From Chiloscyllium plagiosum (Eukaryota), in contig NC_057718.1 in NCBI RefSeq assembly GCF_004010195.1, positions 59,817,622-59,881,621 of the forward strand: a stretch of DNA of 64,000 nucleotides, in the 5' to 3' direction. The notes under the pieces were generated by a model. It made no database searches. It was given only the letters and a program-made list of their open reading frames with translations, and was not told the DNA's origin. The translations under genes and the position numbers were made by a program. Below, piece after piece: positions 1 through 11,664 of the stretch (the first letter of the stretch is position 1; every line of letters starts with the position of its first letter).

Positions 1-2067
1 TACGACACTGCATTTCCAGAATAATTCACCATTCAGCGGAATTTCACTTAAACACCGATATCCCTTCAAACTGTGTCATCTTTACAAACTCATTGTGCAC
101 ATCAACAAGCACTGTCCATTCAGAAATGCCCAGCATAGTTGTTGAAATGTAATTTGGCATTGTAGACAAGGGTACATTGATACCCGGTTTGCAAGCAAGG
201 ACCTGGAAACTTTCTTTGATAGCTCAAACTCACTGTATCTGCAACTGTAGCCATCTCCCACTAAGGCTTCATTCTCTGACACATTCATTATTGTCTGCAA
301 TATCTTTCCTCACTCACTCTCAGCCGTCTTTGCCCTTGACACCAATGCCCTCTGCACTCCCTTGGGACACTTCCTGATCTGCACATACAGTAACAGCTGC
401 GCCATTCACTTTAATCTCCCATAATACCTACCTCACCTTTGATTGAGTAGGGAAAAACTCCCAATAGATTAGAAAGACTCAAGATGAAAGGTTGACTGCC
501 CAGTATTCGACTCCTCAACCCTCATGAGCAGAAAAACTTGACTCTGACTGCCCGGACATATATCGGAGACTGCTCTTGGCTAACTGTGGTGAGGACACTT
601 GGATGAAGGCTACTCTCTTTGATGTGACTGAGGACTGCAGCAAAATGAGTTGGCTCTCTCTAGCTGAGGGATCAAAATGAACTGCAATAATGCTGCGAGC
701 ATCCAGATAGGCACAGAGTGAGTATGAGTTATTAGAGCAAAAGAAGCATCTGGAGATGCAGTCTTGTCAGTCCACAAGGAATGTGTGATCTGAGCGCAAA
801 GTGTCTTGTTGCAGCACTACAAAGATAGTTGCTGGTGCAGCATTGAAGTGCAGCTTTGTCACATACTTGGTTCAGAGATGAGGGTTCTTCGAGGTTGGCA
901 CATGTCAGATGCCAATTTCCACAGATACAGGCAATGTGCCTGAGATGTTGGTCCCCAGTCTCCAACACGGAGGTCACTCAGAGCAAGCAGTGAGCTGAAT
1001 CCACCAGCTGCTCACTCTGGATTCCCTGTCAAGTTTTCCTTGCCTCAAATTTGTTTGGCAAGTTTGGTTAGATAGGAGTTTGAATATTAATGAGGCAATT
1101 AGGACTGTGAACAAGCAATGATGGCTGTCAATCAGCAACTCACTACTGCATTGTGAGAATCTTGACATTCTACTTGTAAAAAGCATAAACGATTTGCTCC
1201 TGATGTCAAGATGGAACTGTCCACATGGTTCTACCAGACATCTTGCCATAGCCCAGACCACTCAGATCCCTGTAAGATGCCTATAAAACAGATTTTCATT
1301 ACCAAGGTGAGTTCATTGAGTTAGGAAATTCCCTGACTCAGCTAAAGATCTTTGGTATAACCTACCCATTTAATGCATTTTTCTTCTCAAGGAGGGGAGT
1401 GGTAGATGGAATACAGTTGGGCCTCCTGATTCCAGACAGATCATGAAGGACATGAAGGCAAACCCCAATGCAGGAGAGGGTCAATCGCCCTCAGGATCAG
1501 GGTAAAGAGTCTAAAGGGGGGATTTGCAGTGGGTGGAGTCATTGGAAAATATTCACGTGAGAGGAGACTGACAATGTTGGCTAACTGATGACAAATACTG
1601 CATTAGTGATCCTTTAAAGGAAACAAGAGAATTTAATGATGCCAACTGAATGCATGTAAGCAATGTCCACATAGCACTCACTAACCGTTGACAGAGCCAT
1701 TTAAGATTGAGCTATACACTTGTGAATCTGGTACTCTGCAGTACGTTGTAACAGCATCTTGCCTCAGGGCTGTCCTTTGGACCCAGCAAGTAGATCCTTA
1801 GCTGTGCCATGTAATCTTTCAGCTGTGATATCTGCCTGTGGGCATTTTGAACATGCTCTGCCCATAACCCTTACAGCTATACACTGTCACCGCAGATAGA
1901 TGTGACTCAGAGGGTGTGAGAAAGCTCAGCATTTTCCTCAAACTGGCCAAGCCATGATACCTGCAATTAATTATGTATTCATATGGTACCTCACAGCAAC
2001 ATTTGAAGACAGAGTCTGGCACCGAGCCACTTAAGGAAATAGTAAAGCAATTCAAATAAGCAAAAGG

Positions 2068-2408
2068 CAATGGCTTAGTGTTATTATTGCTTGATTGTTA
2101 ATCCAGAGACATAAGTATTGTTCTGGGGACTGGGGTTCGAATCCTGCCACAGCAAATGATTGAATTTAATAAATATTTGGATTTAAGAGTCTAATGATAA
2201 CCCTGAATCCATTGCCAATTGTCAGGAAAACCCATCTGGTTTACTAATGCCCTTTAGGGAAGATAACTGCCATCCTTTTCTGGCCTGGCCTACATGTGAC
2301 TCCAGAGCCACAGCAACGTGGTTGACTCTTAACTGCCCTCTGGGCAATTAGGAATGGGCAATAAACGCAAGCCTAGCCAGAGATGTCCTTCTCCAATGAA
2401 TAAAGGAA
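2068..2408 (+). mobile_element. tRNA-derived SINE with L2/CR1-group type 3' tail
   Basis: A-box-like TGGCTTAGTGTT at ~2071 and B-box GGTTCGAATCC at ~2134. 3' end GGGCAATAAAcGC...CCAG...ATGAATAAAGG resembles a LINE-derived tail. Length ~340 bp. Confidence 0.75.
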
Positions 2409-3140
2409 AAGCACTGTCAAAGTGCTATGTTTTCTTGAATCTCTTCAAAGTGTAAAGAAAGCAGTGGCGTGGTGCAGGGAGGGTATTCCAGAACTTAGTG
2501 TCTCGGCAACTGAAGGCATCAGGATTAAAATGCTTGGGAGTTGTGGACAGGCTTACTTCTGAAATGACCAAGTCAGCTAGGAAACTGATCAGATCAAAGT
2601 CATGCCCAAATACTCTCCAAACCTGTACATCTGAAGGCAGTACCTCCAAAGTCGTGACCTTCCCAGAGTGCAGAAGGGGCTAGAGCCCAGTGATCCAAGA
2701 ACAGCTTCACATGATGCCTGTGTGAGCACAGACAGTGCCAACACAACCCTCAGGTCTGACTATGGGAGAAACAGAACCAAACAGAGGGTTTTACAGATTA
2801 AAAGATTCCACACTAATGTAATACAAAGTGCTGTTTGTGATCATTACTTGGTTCCAGCATTGAGACCTGTGCAGCCAAAGTGATTAAGGCTCTTTAGTCT
2901 TTACTTTGCAGCTGAGCTTAAGAAAAGTCTACTGACTGCTTTTCTAGTTTGCTTCAGTGAACTTGAACATACTTTGATGGTCCAAGACCATGAGGGCTCT
3001 GAACAATTGCACAGATCTGAGGAAAAACACCTTGGCCTGATTTGATAGAAGGATCTAATTCCTGAGATGATAATCCCTGAATAAGTCACTCTTGCCCCTC
3101 CTCCCCCTCAATGTACCATAGGCACCAAATGAATCCAAGG

Positions 3141-3215
3141 GTCAAGATGTTTCAGGAGAACATCAAGGGAGGCATGTCTGAATCATGGAGCCACTTTCTG
3201 CCTGGTCTCAGACAT
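3141..3215 (-). pseudogene. possible N-terminus of a Harbinger-type Myb/SANT-like ORF (decayed DNA transposon remnant)
   Basis: Minus strand reads MSETRQKVAP*FRHASLDVLLKHL; the TGA could be a CpG-decayed CGA. This resembles the 'APRFSDxxLExLL' start of Harbinger Myb/SANT proteins. Short match only. Confidence 0.3.
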
Positions 3216-3305
3216 CGCCTAGTTGGGTCGGGGTAATCAACAGAGCTTTAGTGATGCTCCTGGCTTTGAGACACTCAAGTGCTGGCTGGTAGCTTTTAAA
3301 ATGTC

Positions 3306-4573
3306 ACAGAATCATAGAGATATACAGCATGGAAACAGACTCTTCTGTCCAACTCGTCCATGCTGAACAGATATCCTAACCTAATCTAGTCCCATTTATC
3401 AGCATTTGCCCCAAATCCCTCTAATCCCTTCGTATTCATATACCCATCCTGATGCCTTTTAAATATTGCAATTGTACCAATCTCCATCACTTCCTCTGGT
3501 GGAGGAAATGCAGCTCATTCCATACACGTAACATCTCTGCATGAAAACATTGCCCCTTAGGTCCCTTTAAGTATTTTCCCTCTCACCCTAAACCTCTGCT
3601 CTCCAGTTTTAGACACCCCAACCCCAGGGAAAAGACCTTGTCTATTTACCCTATCTATGTCCCTCATGACTTTATAAACCTCTAAAAGGCTACCCCTCAA
3701 CCTCCAGGGAAAACAGCCCCAGCCTATTCAGCATCTCTATAGCTCAAACCCTCCAACCCTGGCAACATCCTTATACATCTTTTCTGAATCCTTTCAAGTT
3801 TCACAACATCCTTCCAATAGGAGGGAGACCAGAATTGCACACAATATACCAAACGTGGCCTAACTAATGTCCTGTACAGCTGTAACATGACGTCCCAACT
3901 TCTGTACTCAATGCTCTGCCCAATAAAGTAAAGCATACCAAACGCCTTCTTCACTATCCTATCCAACTATTTGCCTTTCCAAATTGTAGCACCTCACATT
4001 TCTCTAATTTAAACATCATCTGCCACTCTTCAACCCATTGGCCCATCTGATCATAATCCAGTTGTAATGTGAGGTAACCTTCTTTGCTGTCCACTACCCT
4101 CCAATTTTGGTGTCATCTGCAAACTTACTAAATATATATCCTATGTTAACATCCAAATCATTTATATAAATGATGAAAAGCAATGGACCCAGCACCAATC
4201 CTTGTGGCACACCATTGATCACAGGCCTCCAGTCTGAAAAACTACCCTCCACCACCCTTTGTCTTCTACCTTTGAGCCAGTTCTGTATCCAAATGGCTAG
4301 TTCTCTCCTTAATCCATGTGATCTAACCTTGCTAACCAATCTACCATGAGGAATCTTGTTGAATGCCTTATTGAAGTCCCTATAGATCATGTCTACTGCT
4401 CTGACCTCATCAATCCTCTTTGTTACTTCTTCAAAAAAGTCAATCAAGTTAGTGAGACATGATTTCCCATGCACAAAGCCATATTAACTATCCTTAATTA
4501 GTCCTTACCTTTCCAAATGTAAATCCTGTCCCTCAGGATTCCCTCCAACAACTTGCTCACCACCAATATCAGG
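3306..4573 (-). mobile_element. CR1 (HER1-like) LINE, 5'-truncated and degenerate
   Basis: Minus-strand ORF fragments [16 protein letters not shown]...[11 protein letters not shown]...[20 protein letters not shown]...[11 protein letters not shown] and LYRTLVRPRLVYCVQFWSP. CR1 3' tail at ~3306-3400. Confidence 0.95.
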
Positions 4574-4955
4574 TGTGGTGCTCAGAAATTGGAGCGAATA
4601 CCTTCAAAATTTTGAATCCATAATATTTGGTATTCTACTCATGCATATGTGCATATGCAATGAGCTGAGAAACATGCAATCACATGAGACAACCCAATCC
4701 ACCTTTTAGGCCTGATGCCACACTTAAAATTTATGGACTTTGCACAGCATGGAGTGAGGTGTTGGAGTAATTTGAAATCATAGGCAAATATTTCAAAATC
4801 AAGATTTTGCATCATTGGGAAAACAAAGTATGCCAACGGGCACAGGAGTGATAGATACAGATGGCAGTGCTTTGAATCGTCTCAAGATTAAGGAGGGTAG
4901 AATGTTGAAGGCCAACAAGGAGTCTATTGAAATCATCAAATCTAGAGACAATTAA

Positions 4956-5986
4956 ATAGAACATAGAACATAGAACGTTACAGCGCAGTACAGGCCCTTT
5001 GTCCCTCAATGTTGCGCCGACCTGTCATACCAATCTGAAGCCCATCTAACCTACACTATTCCATGTACGTCCATATGCTTGTCCAATGATGACTTAAATG
5101 TACTTAAAGTTGGCGAATCTACTAATGTGGCTGAAAAAAGTGTTACTGGAAAAGCGCAGCAGGTCAGGCAGCATCCAAGGAGCAGGAGAATCGATGTTTC
5201 GGGCATAAGCCCTTCTTCAGGGATCAGGCAAAGCATTCTAAAGAAACTAGTAAAGAAACTATCTCTGACATCTGTCCTATATCTATCACCCCTCAATTTA
5301 AAGCTATGCCCCCCCTTGCTCACCGTCACCATACTTGGAAAAAGGCTCTCCCTGTCCACCCAATCTAACCCTCTGATTATCTTATATGTCTCTATTTAGT
5401 CACCTCTCAATCTTCTTCTCTCAAACGAAAACAGCCTCAAGTCTCAGCCTTTCCTCATAAGACCTTCCCTCCATACCAGGCAAATCCTAGTAAATCTCCT
5501 CTGCACCCTTTCCAAAGCTTCCACATCCTTCTTATAATGCGGTGACCAGAACTGTACACAATATTCCAAGTGTGGCCTCACCAGAGTTTTGTACAGCTGC
5601 AGTGTAACCTCATGGTTCCAGAACTCGATCCCTCTATTAATAAAAGCTAAAACACTGTATGCCTTCTTAACAACCCTGTCAACCTGGGTGGCAACTTTCA
5701 AGGATCTGTGTACCTTGACACCGAGATCTCTCTGCTCATCTACACTACCAAGAATCCTACCATTAGCCCAGTACTTTGCATTCTGGTTACTCCGACCAAA
5801 GTGAATCACCTCACACTTGTCCGCATTAAACTCCATTTGCCACCTCTTGGCCCAGCTCTGCAGCTTATCTATGTCTCTCTGTAACCTACAACATCCTTCG
5901 ACATTGTCCACAATTCCACCGACCTTAGTGTCGTCTGCAAATTTACTAACCCACCCTCCTACGCCCTCATCCAGGTCGTTTATAAA
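4956..5986 (-). mobile_element. CR1 LINE 3' fragment interrupted by a PLE-derived insertion
   Basis: ORF 5444-5911 has LQRDIDKL..W...WQMEFNADKCEVIHFG...LYKTLVRPHLEYCVQFWSP. Terminal (ATAGAAC)n microsatellite at 4956-4977. Confidence 0.95.
5126..5223 (-). mobile_element. Penelope-like pseudo-LTR fragment (family A) with hammerhead motif
   Basis: Minus strand CTGAAGA-A-GGGC-TTAT-GCCC-GAAA-CATC. Closely similar to copies at 7548, 36031, 38123, 48351 and 53799. Sits inside the CR1 3' region. Confidence 0.8.
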
Positions 5987-6344
5987 ATTTGAAGTAAGAT
6001 TTGAAGTAAAAAATTCTAATCATATATGTATAGACTTTTGTAAATGTACTACCTAACCTCACTATTGAAAGTAACTCAAATAATTCAACACAGATATTGA
6101 AATTAACTATTGCATTGCCTATTGAAGGAGAGAGTGAAAAATAAGTGTTTGAACATCAAAATGGAGCTTAAATACAAGAAACAAAATGTTGTCTCAGAAA
6201 TTCATGAGAGGTGCCCTTGAAAAGAAAAAAAAGACCTTTCAAGGAGGTTTGTTCCAGGAGGCTGCAAATGTACAAAAGCCAGTCCTAACTCCTTGCAAGT
6301 GGGTTGGTTCTGAATGCTTTAAAATTTCTGTACGAAACTATGGA

Positions 6345-6637
6345 GTGATTGTTCATTGGTTAGCACTGCTGCCTCACAGTGCCAGGGACCTGGGTTCGAT
6401 TCCACCCTCAGGTGACTGTCTGTGTGGAGTTTGCACATTTTCCCTGTGTCTATGTGGGTTTCCTCCTGGTGCTCTGTTTTCCTCCACAGTCCAAAGATGT
6501 GCAGGCTCAGTGGATTAGCCATGGGGGATGTAAGGTTACAGGGCATAATGTGGATCTGGATGGGATACTCTTCAGAGGGTTGGTGTAGACTAGATGGTTG
6601 AATGGCCTGCTTCCACACTGTAATGATTCTATAATTC
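6345..6637 (+). mobile_element. HE1-type V-SINE (tRNA head, V domain, CR1-derived tail)
   Basis: TGGTTAGCACTGCTGCCTCACAG head, B-box GGTTCGATTCC, V-domain GTGGAGTTTGCACATT...GTGGGTTTCCTCC...CAGTCCAAAGA, and tail GAATGGCCTGCTTCCACACTGTA...GATTCTAT. Confidence 0.9.
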
Positions 6638-6970
6638 TTTAATTCACTTCCTGAACCAACATATCAAGATGTCCATGTTAGAGGATAGATCCTCTCAAGG
6701 CACTTTGGTGAAGAAGCAGAAAAAGGTGACAGATGTCAGGATGTTTCACTACCTTCTTTTTCTCAACCACAGTAGTGTGGCAGGAAATAAATATGCAATA
6801 CAGAACCATGTGGAATATGTATCTTGGTACATTCAGCTCTATTTACCAAATCAGCCAAACCAGTACAAAGGTTGGAGAAATTTCAAATCCAAGTTGTGTT
6901 TGATGTGAAAAGCATTTCTGCAATCTTTTGCACTGACTTAGAAAAAAAATGAAGCTGACAGTCCTATGCG

Positions 6971-7040
6971 GGTGGTTTGGAAACCAGGAGGTCTGGTAAA
7001 ATGTGGGTGGTTTGGAAACCAGGAGGTCTGGTAAAATGTG
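6971..7040. repeat. perfect 35-bp tandem duplication
   Basis: GGTGGTTTGGAAACCAGGAGGTCTGGTAAAATGTG occurs at 6971-7005 and 7006-7040. Confidence 0.95.
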
Positions 7041-7041
7041 A

Positions 7042-7222
7042 CAACTACAGCGGACAGCTGAAACTGACAATCGGAAGCGGCAGGGACAGGCAACTATAAA
7101 TGCCGGAGGAAACACCACAGAAGTGCTTCACAGGAGGCTCCCAAGCACTGAGGATGTCACCTAGACAGGGAACGAAACGTTTGCAACAAAAATTTCCAGC
7201 TCGGCAAACAGAACCACAACAA
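7042..7222 (+). mobile_element. Penelope-like pseudo-LTR (family C)
   Basis: Homologous to the arms of the 60441-60870 element, which carries a PLE-type ORF C-terminus. Contains a hammerhead motif at 7145-7184. Confidence 0.8.
7145..7184 (+). ncRNA. minimal type I hammerhead ribozyme motif
   Basis: GCA-CTGAGGA-T-[GT..CCT AGAC AGG..AC stem II]-GAAA-CGTT-TGC. Stem I is GCA/TGC, the core is intact, the triplet is GUU and stem III is the palindrome ACGU. Activity not shown. Confidence 0.7.
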
Positions 7223-7547
7223 ACATAGTGTGTTTGCACGAATAGAGTCAGTTAATTGATGAACCATATCTCAAATATAAAAGAAATATTTTTAAAACCA
7301 CTTAATAATTGTGTTTTCAAGCCCTATTGAATCACATGCATTCTTGGAAGGTTATAACCCAGATTGTCATTCTCCTGGTGGAATACTGGGTATCAGAGAA
7401 ATTCCTGACTTGGCCTTTTTGCCTCAGGAGATAGTGGTAATACATACATGAACATCTTTGCAGACTGCAGTTCAATCAGCTGAACCAGAAAAGGATTTGG
7501 AGAAACCCTGAGGTGTGGAGTGCCGAGGTGGGCTACTTAAAAGTTTC

Positions 7548-7662
7548 TGGGCTGAAAATGTATTGCTGGTAAAGCGCAGCAGGTCAGGCAGCATCCAAGG
7601 AGCAGGAGAATCGACGTTTCGGGCATGAGCCCTTCTTTAGCATCTGCAGTCCTCACTTTCTC
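7548..7662. mobile_element. PLE family A insertion: inverted pLTR arm plus direct 3' tail, with TSD
   Basis: 7550-7638 is the antisense pLTR arm and 7639-7662 is the sense tail AGCATCTGCAGTCCTCACTTTCTC. Flanked by direct repeat CTACTTAAAAGTTTC at 7533-7547 and 7663-7677. Confidence 0.85.
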
Positions 7663-8479
7663 CTACTTAAAAGTTTCCCCTTGTTGCCATGAACTTCATT
7701 TCAGTTATAAAGACAAAGTAAGCTCCCACCCTAACAGCCTTCACATACTATCAACCCCATACACTCTCCATGCCCTTCTTCATCTCCAATGCCGGGCTAT
7801 GCCAACCAAAAATATATAGTGAAGCTTAATTGAGAGTCTAGTCATCCATTTGACTTTTGAAACCAAAAATATTCTTTGAGTTGTAACTCTAGCTCTCTGA
7901 TCTTTTTCAATTTCAATTTATTTGGGTAGTATTAGACAGGTGTCCTTGCTATTTTTAGTTTTGATAATTTAAAGGTTCTGAATAATGGAGAATTTTATTG
8001 ATTAAAAAGGGTTGCTTTATGAAAATGGAAAAGAATAAATTAATTTAACTTTTTAAAGCTTGTTTTTATACCTTCTTTTGTCAATATAGGGTTCATTGTT
8101 TCTATTAAGTCTACACCAAGTGAATGGACATAGAAATGGCAGAACAGTCTGGGGAATACGACAGTTTATGGATCACCTTGAAGTGGGGGGATTTATATGA
8201 GGACATGAGGAGAACATTTTCAACTTACCTTTTAAAAAATTCCCTCATGTGTAATATGACTCACAACATCTCTAAAGCACAACTGTTTGTAAAGCTTGTC
8301 TGACTCCATGGAAGACGATGGAGGAATAAGACATACTTATTGCCACAATGGAGCCGAGCAGGTTGCCAGTACTAGTTACGGTCTTGGAGGCTGGTTGAGG
8401 TCACAATCTTAAAAATGTACTTATGAAAATTGCAAACAAGAGGAATGAGATCAGGAATCCTGGACATAAGTACTGCCTG

Positions 8480-11400
8480 GCATTTTTAAGGGGCTCTCTA
8501 GTCCTCCAGACATGTTGGCCTCCTCCAGGATGCTGGTGTTAATGTGCTTGTCTTTCCAGGTGATCTGCAGGGATCTCTGGTGGAGGTGTTCCAGTGATTC
8601 AAGTTGCCTACCGTGGGCAGTCCATATTTCAGCTCCAAATGGCAGCGTCGGAAGGACAACATCTTTGTAGACCAAGAGTTTAGTCTGGGCCTGTAGGTCA
8701 AGGTCTTCAGAGAGCCTTCTTCTGAATCAGGCATCAGCTCCACTTGCACAGCTCAGACTGTCATATTTCTGCATCAATGTTGGTCTTGGAGGGGAGAAAG
8801 CAGTTGAAGTTTGGGAAGTGATCCACATTTTCAAGGTCTCTACCACCTCCAATCTGGAGCATCAATATGCTGACGACAATGCCATCGCAGCAGACTCTAT
8901 GGTTGTTGGCTCTGATTGTAGGAAGGGTGGAGGGACTGTTGAGTTTTGGGTGGTGGCTTGCTAAGGTCTTTTTTATGTTAAAAGTAAGGCCTAGGAGCTT
9001 ATATGCCTTGACAAAGCCATTCAAGATGCACTGCGGTTCTTCCACAGAGTGTGCTGCGATGGCATCATCATCATCGGCAGATCGAAGCTCCAAAATGGAG
9101 GTTGTGGAGACCTTGCCCTTGGCCTTGAACATGTTAAAGTTGAACAGCCTTTCACCCATATGGTAACTGATTTGAATTTCCTTGGGCAGCTTTTGGCCAG
9201 TGAGATGGAAGATGGTGGCAATGACATTGATGAATAAGGTGGGTGTAATGATGGTTGACTCCCATCCATGCTGAAAGGTTCAGACTCCAATCCACAGTTG
9301 CTAAGCACTGTCATAGACATGTTTCATGCAGCAGCCTCAGCATCCTGATGAACTTATCAGGGCAGTGCATTGTGCAAATATCTACCAGAGAGCCTGAAGG
9401 TTAACTGTGTCAAATGTTTTAGTTAGGTCAATGTAGGCCAGGTAAAGCAATTGTTTCTGTTCTTGACATTCTTCTTATAATTGATGTTTTGTGAAGATCA
9501 TGTCTGTTGTCCCTCATGACGGGTGGAAGCAACACAACGATTCAATGTGTATTTCCTCAGATAGCGGCAGAAGTCTATTGGCAAGGGTGTGTGCAAATAC
9601 TTTACAGAAGGAGATGCCTCTGTAATACTCACAGTCAGCCGTGTCACCATTTTATAATTTGGTCACAATCAGAACATCCCTACTCTCCGAGGGGAATTCT
9701 TCTTTGAGCCAAATCTTCAAGAGCAAAGCATATACGTGTTCATGCTGAGGGCCACCCTCTTTTAGGATCTCTGCAGGAATCATAGAGTCATAGAGTCATA
9801 TAGATCTACAGCATGGAGACAGACCCTTTGGTCCAACCTGTCCATGGCGATCAGATATCCAAACCCAATCTAGTCCCACCTACTAGCACCCAGCCCATAT
9901 CCCTCCAAACCCTTCCTATTCATATACCCATCCAAATGCCTCTTAAATGTTGCAATTGTACCAGCCTCCACCACTTCCTCTAGCAGCTTATTCCATACAT
10001 GTACCACCCTCTGCATGAAAAAGTTGCCCCTTAGGTCTCTTTTATCTCTTTCCCCTCTCACCCTAAACCTATGCCCTCTAGTTCTGGACTCCCCGATCCC
10101 AGGGAAAAGACCTTGTCTATTTATCCTATCCATGCCCCTCATAATTTTGTAAACCTCTATAAGGTCACCCCTCAGCCTCCAACACTCCAGGGAAATCAGC
10201 CTCAGCCTGTTCAGCCTCTCCCTGTAGCTCAGATCCTCCAACCCTGGCAACATCCTTGTAAATCTTTTCTGAACCCTTTCAAGTTTCACAACATCTTTCT
10301 AATAGGAAGGAGACCAGAATTGCATGCAATATTCCATTGGCCTAACCAATGTCATGTACAACCGCAACATGACCTCCCAACTCCTGTACTCAATAATCTG
10401 ACCAATAAAAGAAAGCATACCAAAATCCAATGAGGACCAGCAGCCTTCTTTGTTTCTTAGGCTCCTTATGGCATTTTCTACTTCAGTTGCAATGGAAGGC
10501 TCTCCCGTGTCACCTTGCATTGATCTTTTGGGGATTTGGTTGATGACTTTCAAGTTAACATTGGTTTTACAATTGACGAGCTCTTAGAAATGCCCTCTCC
10601 AGAGGGTGCTTATTGCCTCGTTGTCCTTGAGTAGTTCCTATCTGTCTTTAGAGTGCAGCAGGTTGAGACTACATTAAATGGACCATACAGTACCCTGGTG
10701 GCTCTGAAAAGCCTCTTGTGTCACCAGCATGTGCCAGCTGCTGGATTTCCACTGTTTGTTTTTGAGCTTCCTTACCCTCTTCTGGACATCACCCTCAGCA
10801 CTGGTATCGGCCCTTTTTTTGACCTTGCAATTGATGTCATCCTGTCAGTCACAGAAGGCTGTCCTTTTCTTAGCGATGAGTTGTTCAATTTTCACATTAT
10901 TATCATTGGACCAGTCCTGATGGTTTCTGGACTTGTACCCAAGGGTGTTATTGCAGGAACTGAGAATGATGGATTTAAGCAGACTCCAGTGTTCTCCCTT
11001 GTCCTCTGGGTATTCCTGAGGTAGGCTTTTATCAAGTGAGGCCTTTACATGTTATGTAGTGACTGTGTTATCCAGGGTCTCAAAGTTGAATTTTGGCCAG
11101 CTCTTTTTCTCCAGAACGCTCCTTTTTATGTGTAGTCTGATGGACATTGTGGAACAGATAAGCAGTGATCAGTCCAGCAGTCATCTGAGCTAATCATAAC
11201 AGTGGTGACACTCACATCCCAACAGTCCCTGGAGCGAACAATGACATGATCAGTGAGATGCTGTTGTTTCAAGTGTGGGTGCCTCCAAGATGCTTGGAAT
11301 TTATTTTCCTGACAGAAGAATGTGTTTGTGATGTGAGGTTGCACTCAGTGCTTTTTGCGAGGAGGATGACTCCATTGGAGTTGATGTTACCAATACCTTC

Positions 11401-11660
11401 CCTTCCTATGGTGCCACTCCAAAGTTTGTGGTCTCGACCAACCCTGGCATTGAAGCCTCCAAGAACAATGACCTTGTCCTCCTTGAAGATGCTTGACAAC
11501 AATGTGTCAAGGTTGACATAGAATGTCTGCTTTTCTTCCTCCTCCGAGCCAATGGTTGGAGCGTAAGTGCTTACAACTATAGCCATCTGGTTGTTGGTGA
11601 GCATCAGTCAGATGGTCATGAGTCAGTCACTGAATCCCCACAGGAAGTTCAGAGAGGCAA
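8480..11660 (-). mobile_element. RTE-clade LINE, degenerate, 5'-truncated within the APE domain
   Basis: APE motifs YAPT...EEEEKQTFY...LGGFNARVGRD...NSNGVILL and ITNTFF. RT region LELRSADDD...GLTFNIKKT...ENVDHFP. C-terminus VYKDVVLPTLPFGAEIWT. Confidence 0.9.
9777..10423 (-). mobile_element. CR1 3' fragment nested inside the RTE element
   Basis: ORF 9870-10289 KLERVQKRFTRMLPGLEDLSYRERL...RGDLIEVYKI...TRGH. (CATAGAGT)n tail at 9781-9800. Splits the RTE KAAGP/IPAEILKEGG motif. Confidence 0.95.
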
Positions 11661-11664
11661 CGAA

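Noticed and set aside
170..2890. Scattered Harbinger-like peptide hints (TRFASKDLETFFD at 182, KRFHTNVIQSAVCDH at ~2800)
   Set aside because: Matches are too short and inconsistent in orientation to define an element without alignment.
6345..6420. tRNA-like A/B boxes (also at 2070, 23300 and 45990)
   Set aside because: These are SINE heads continuing into SINE bodies, with no complete cloverleaf.
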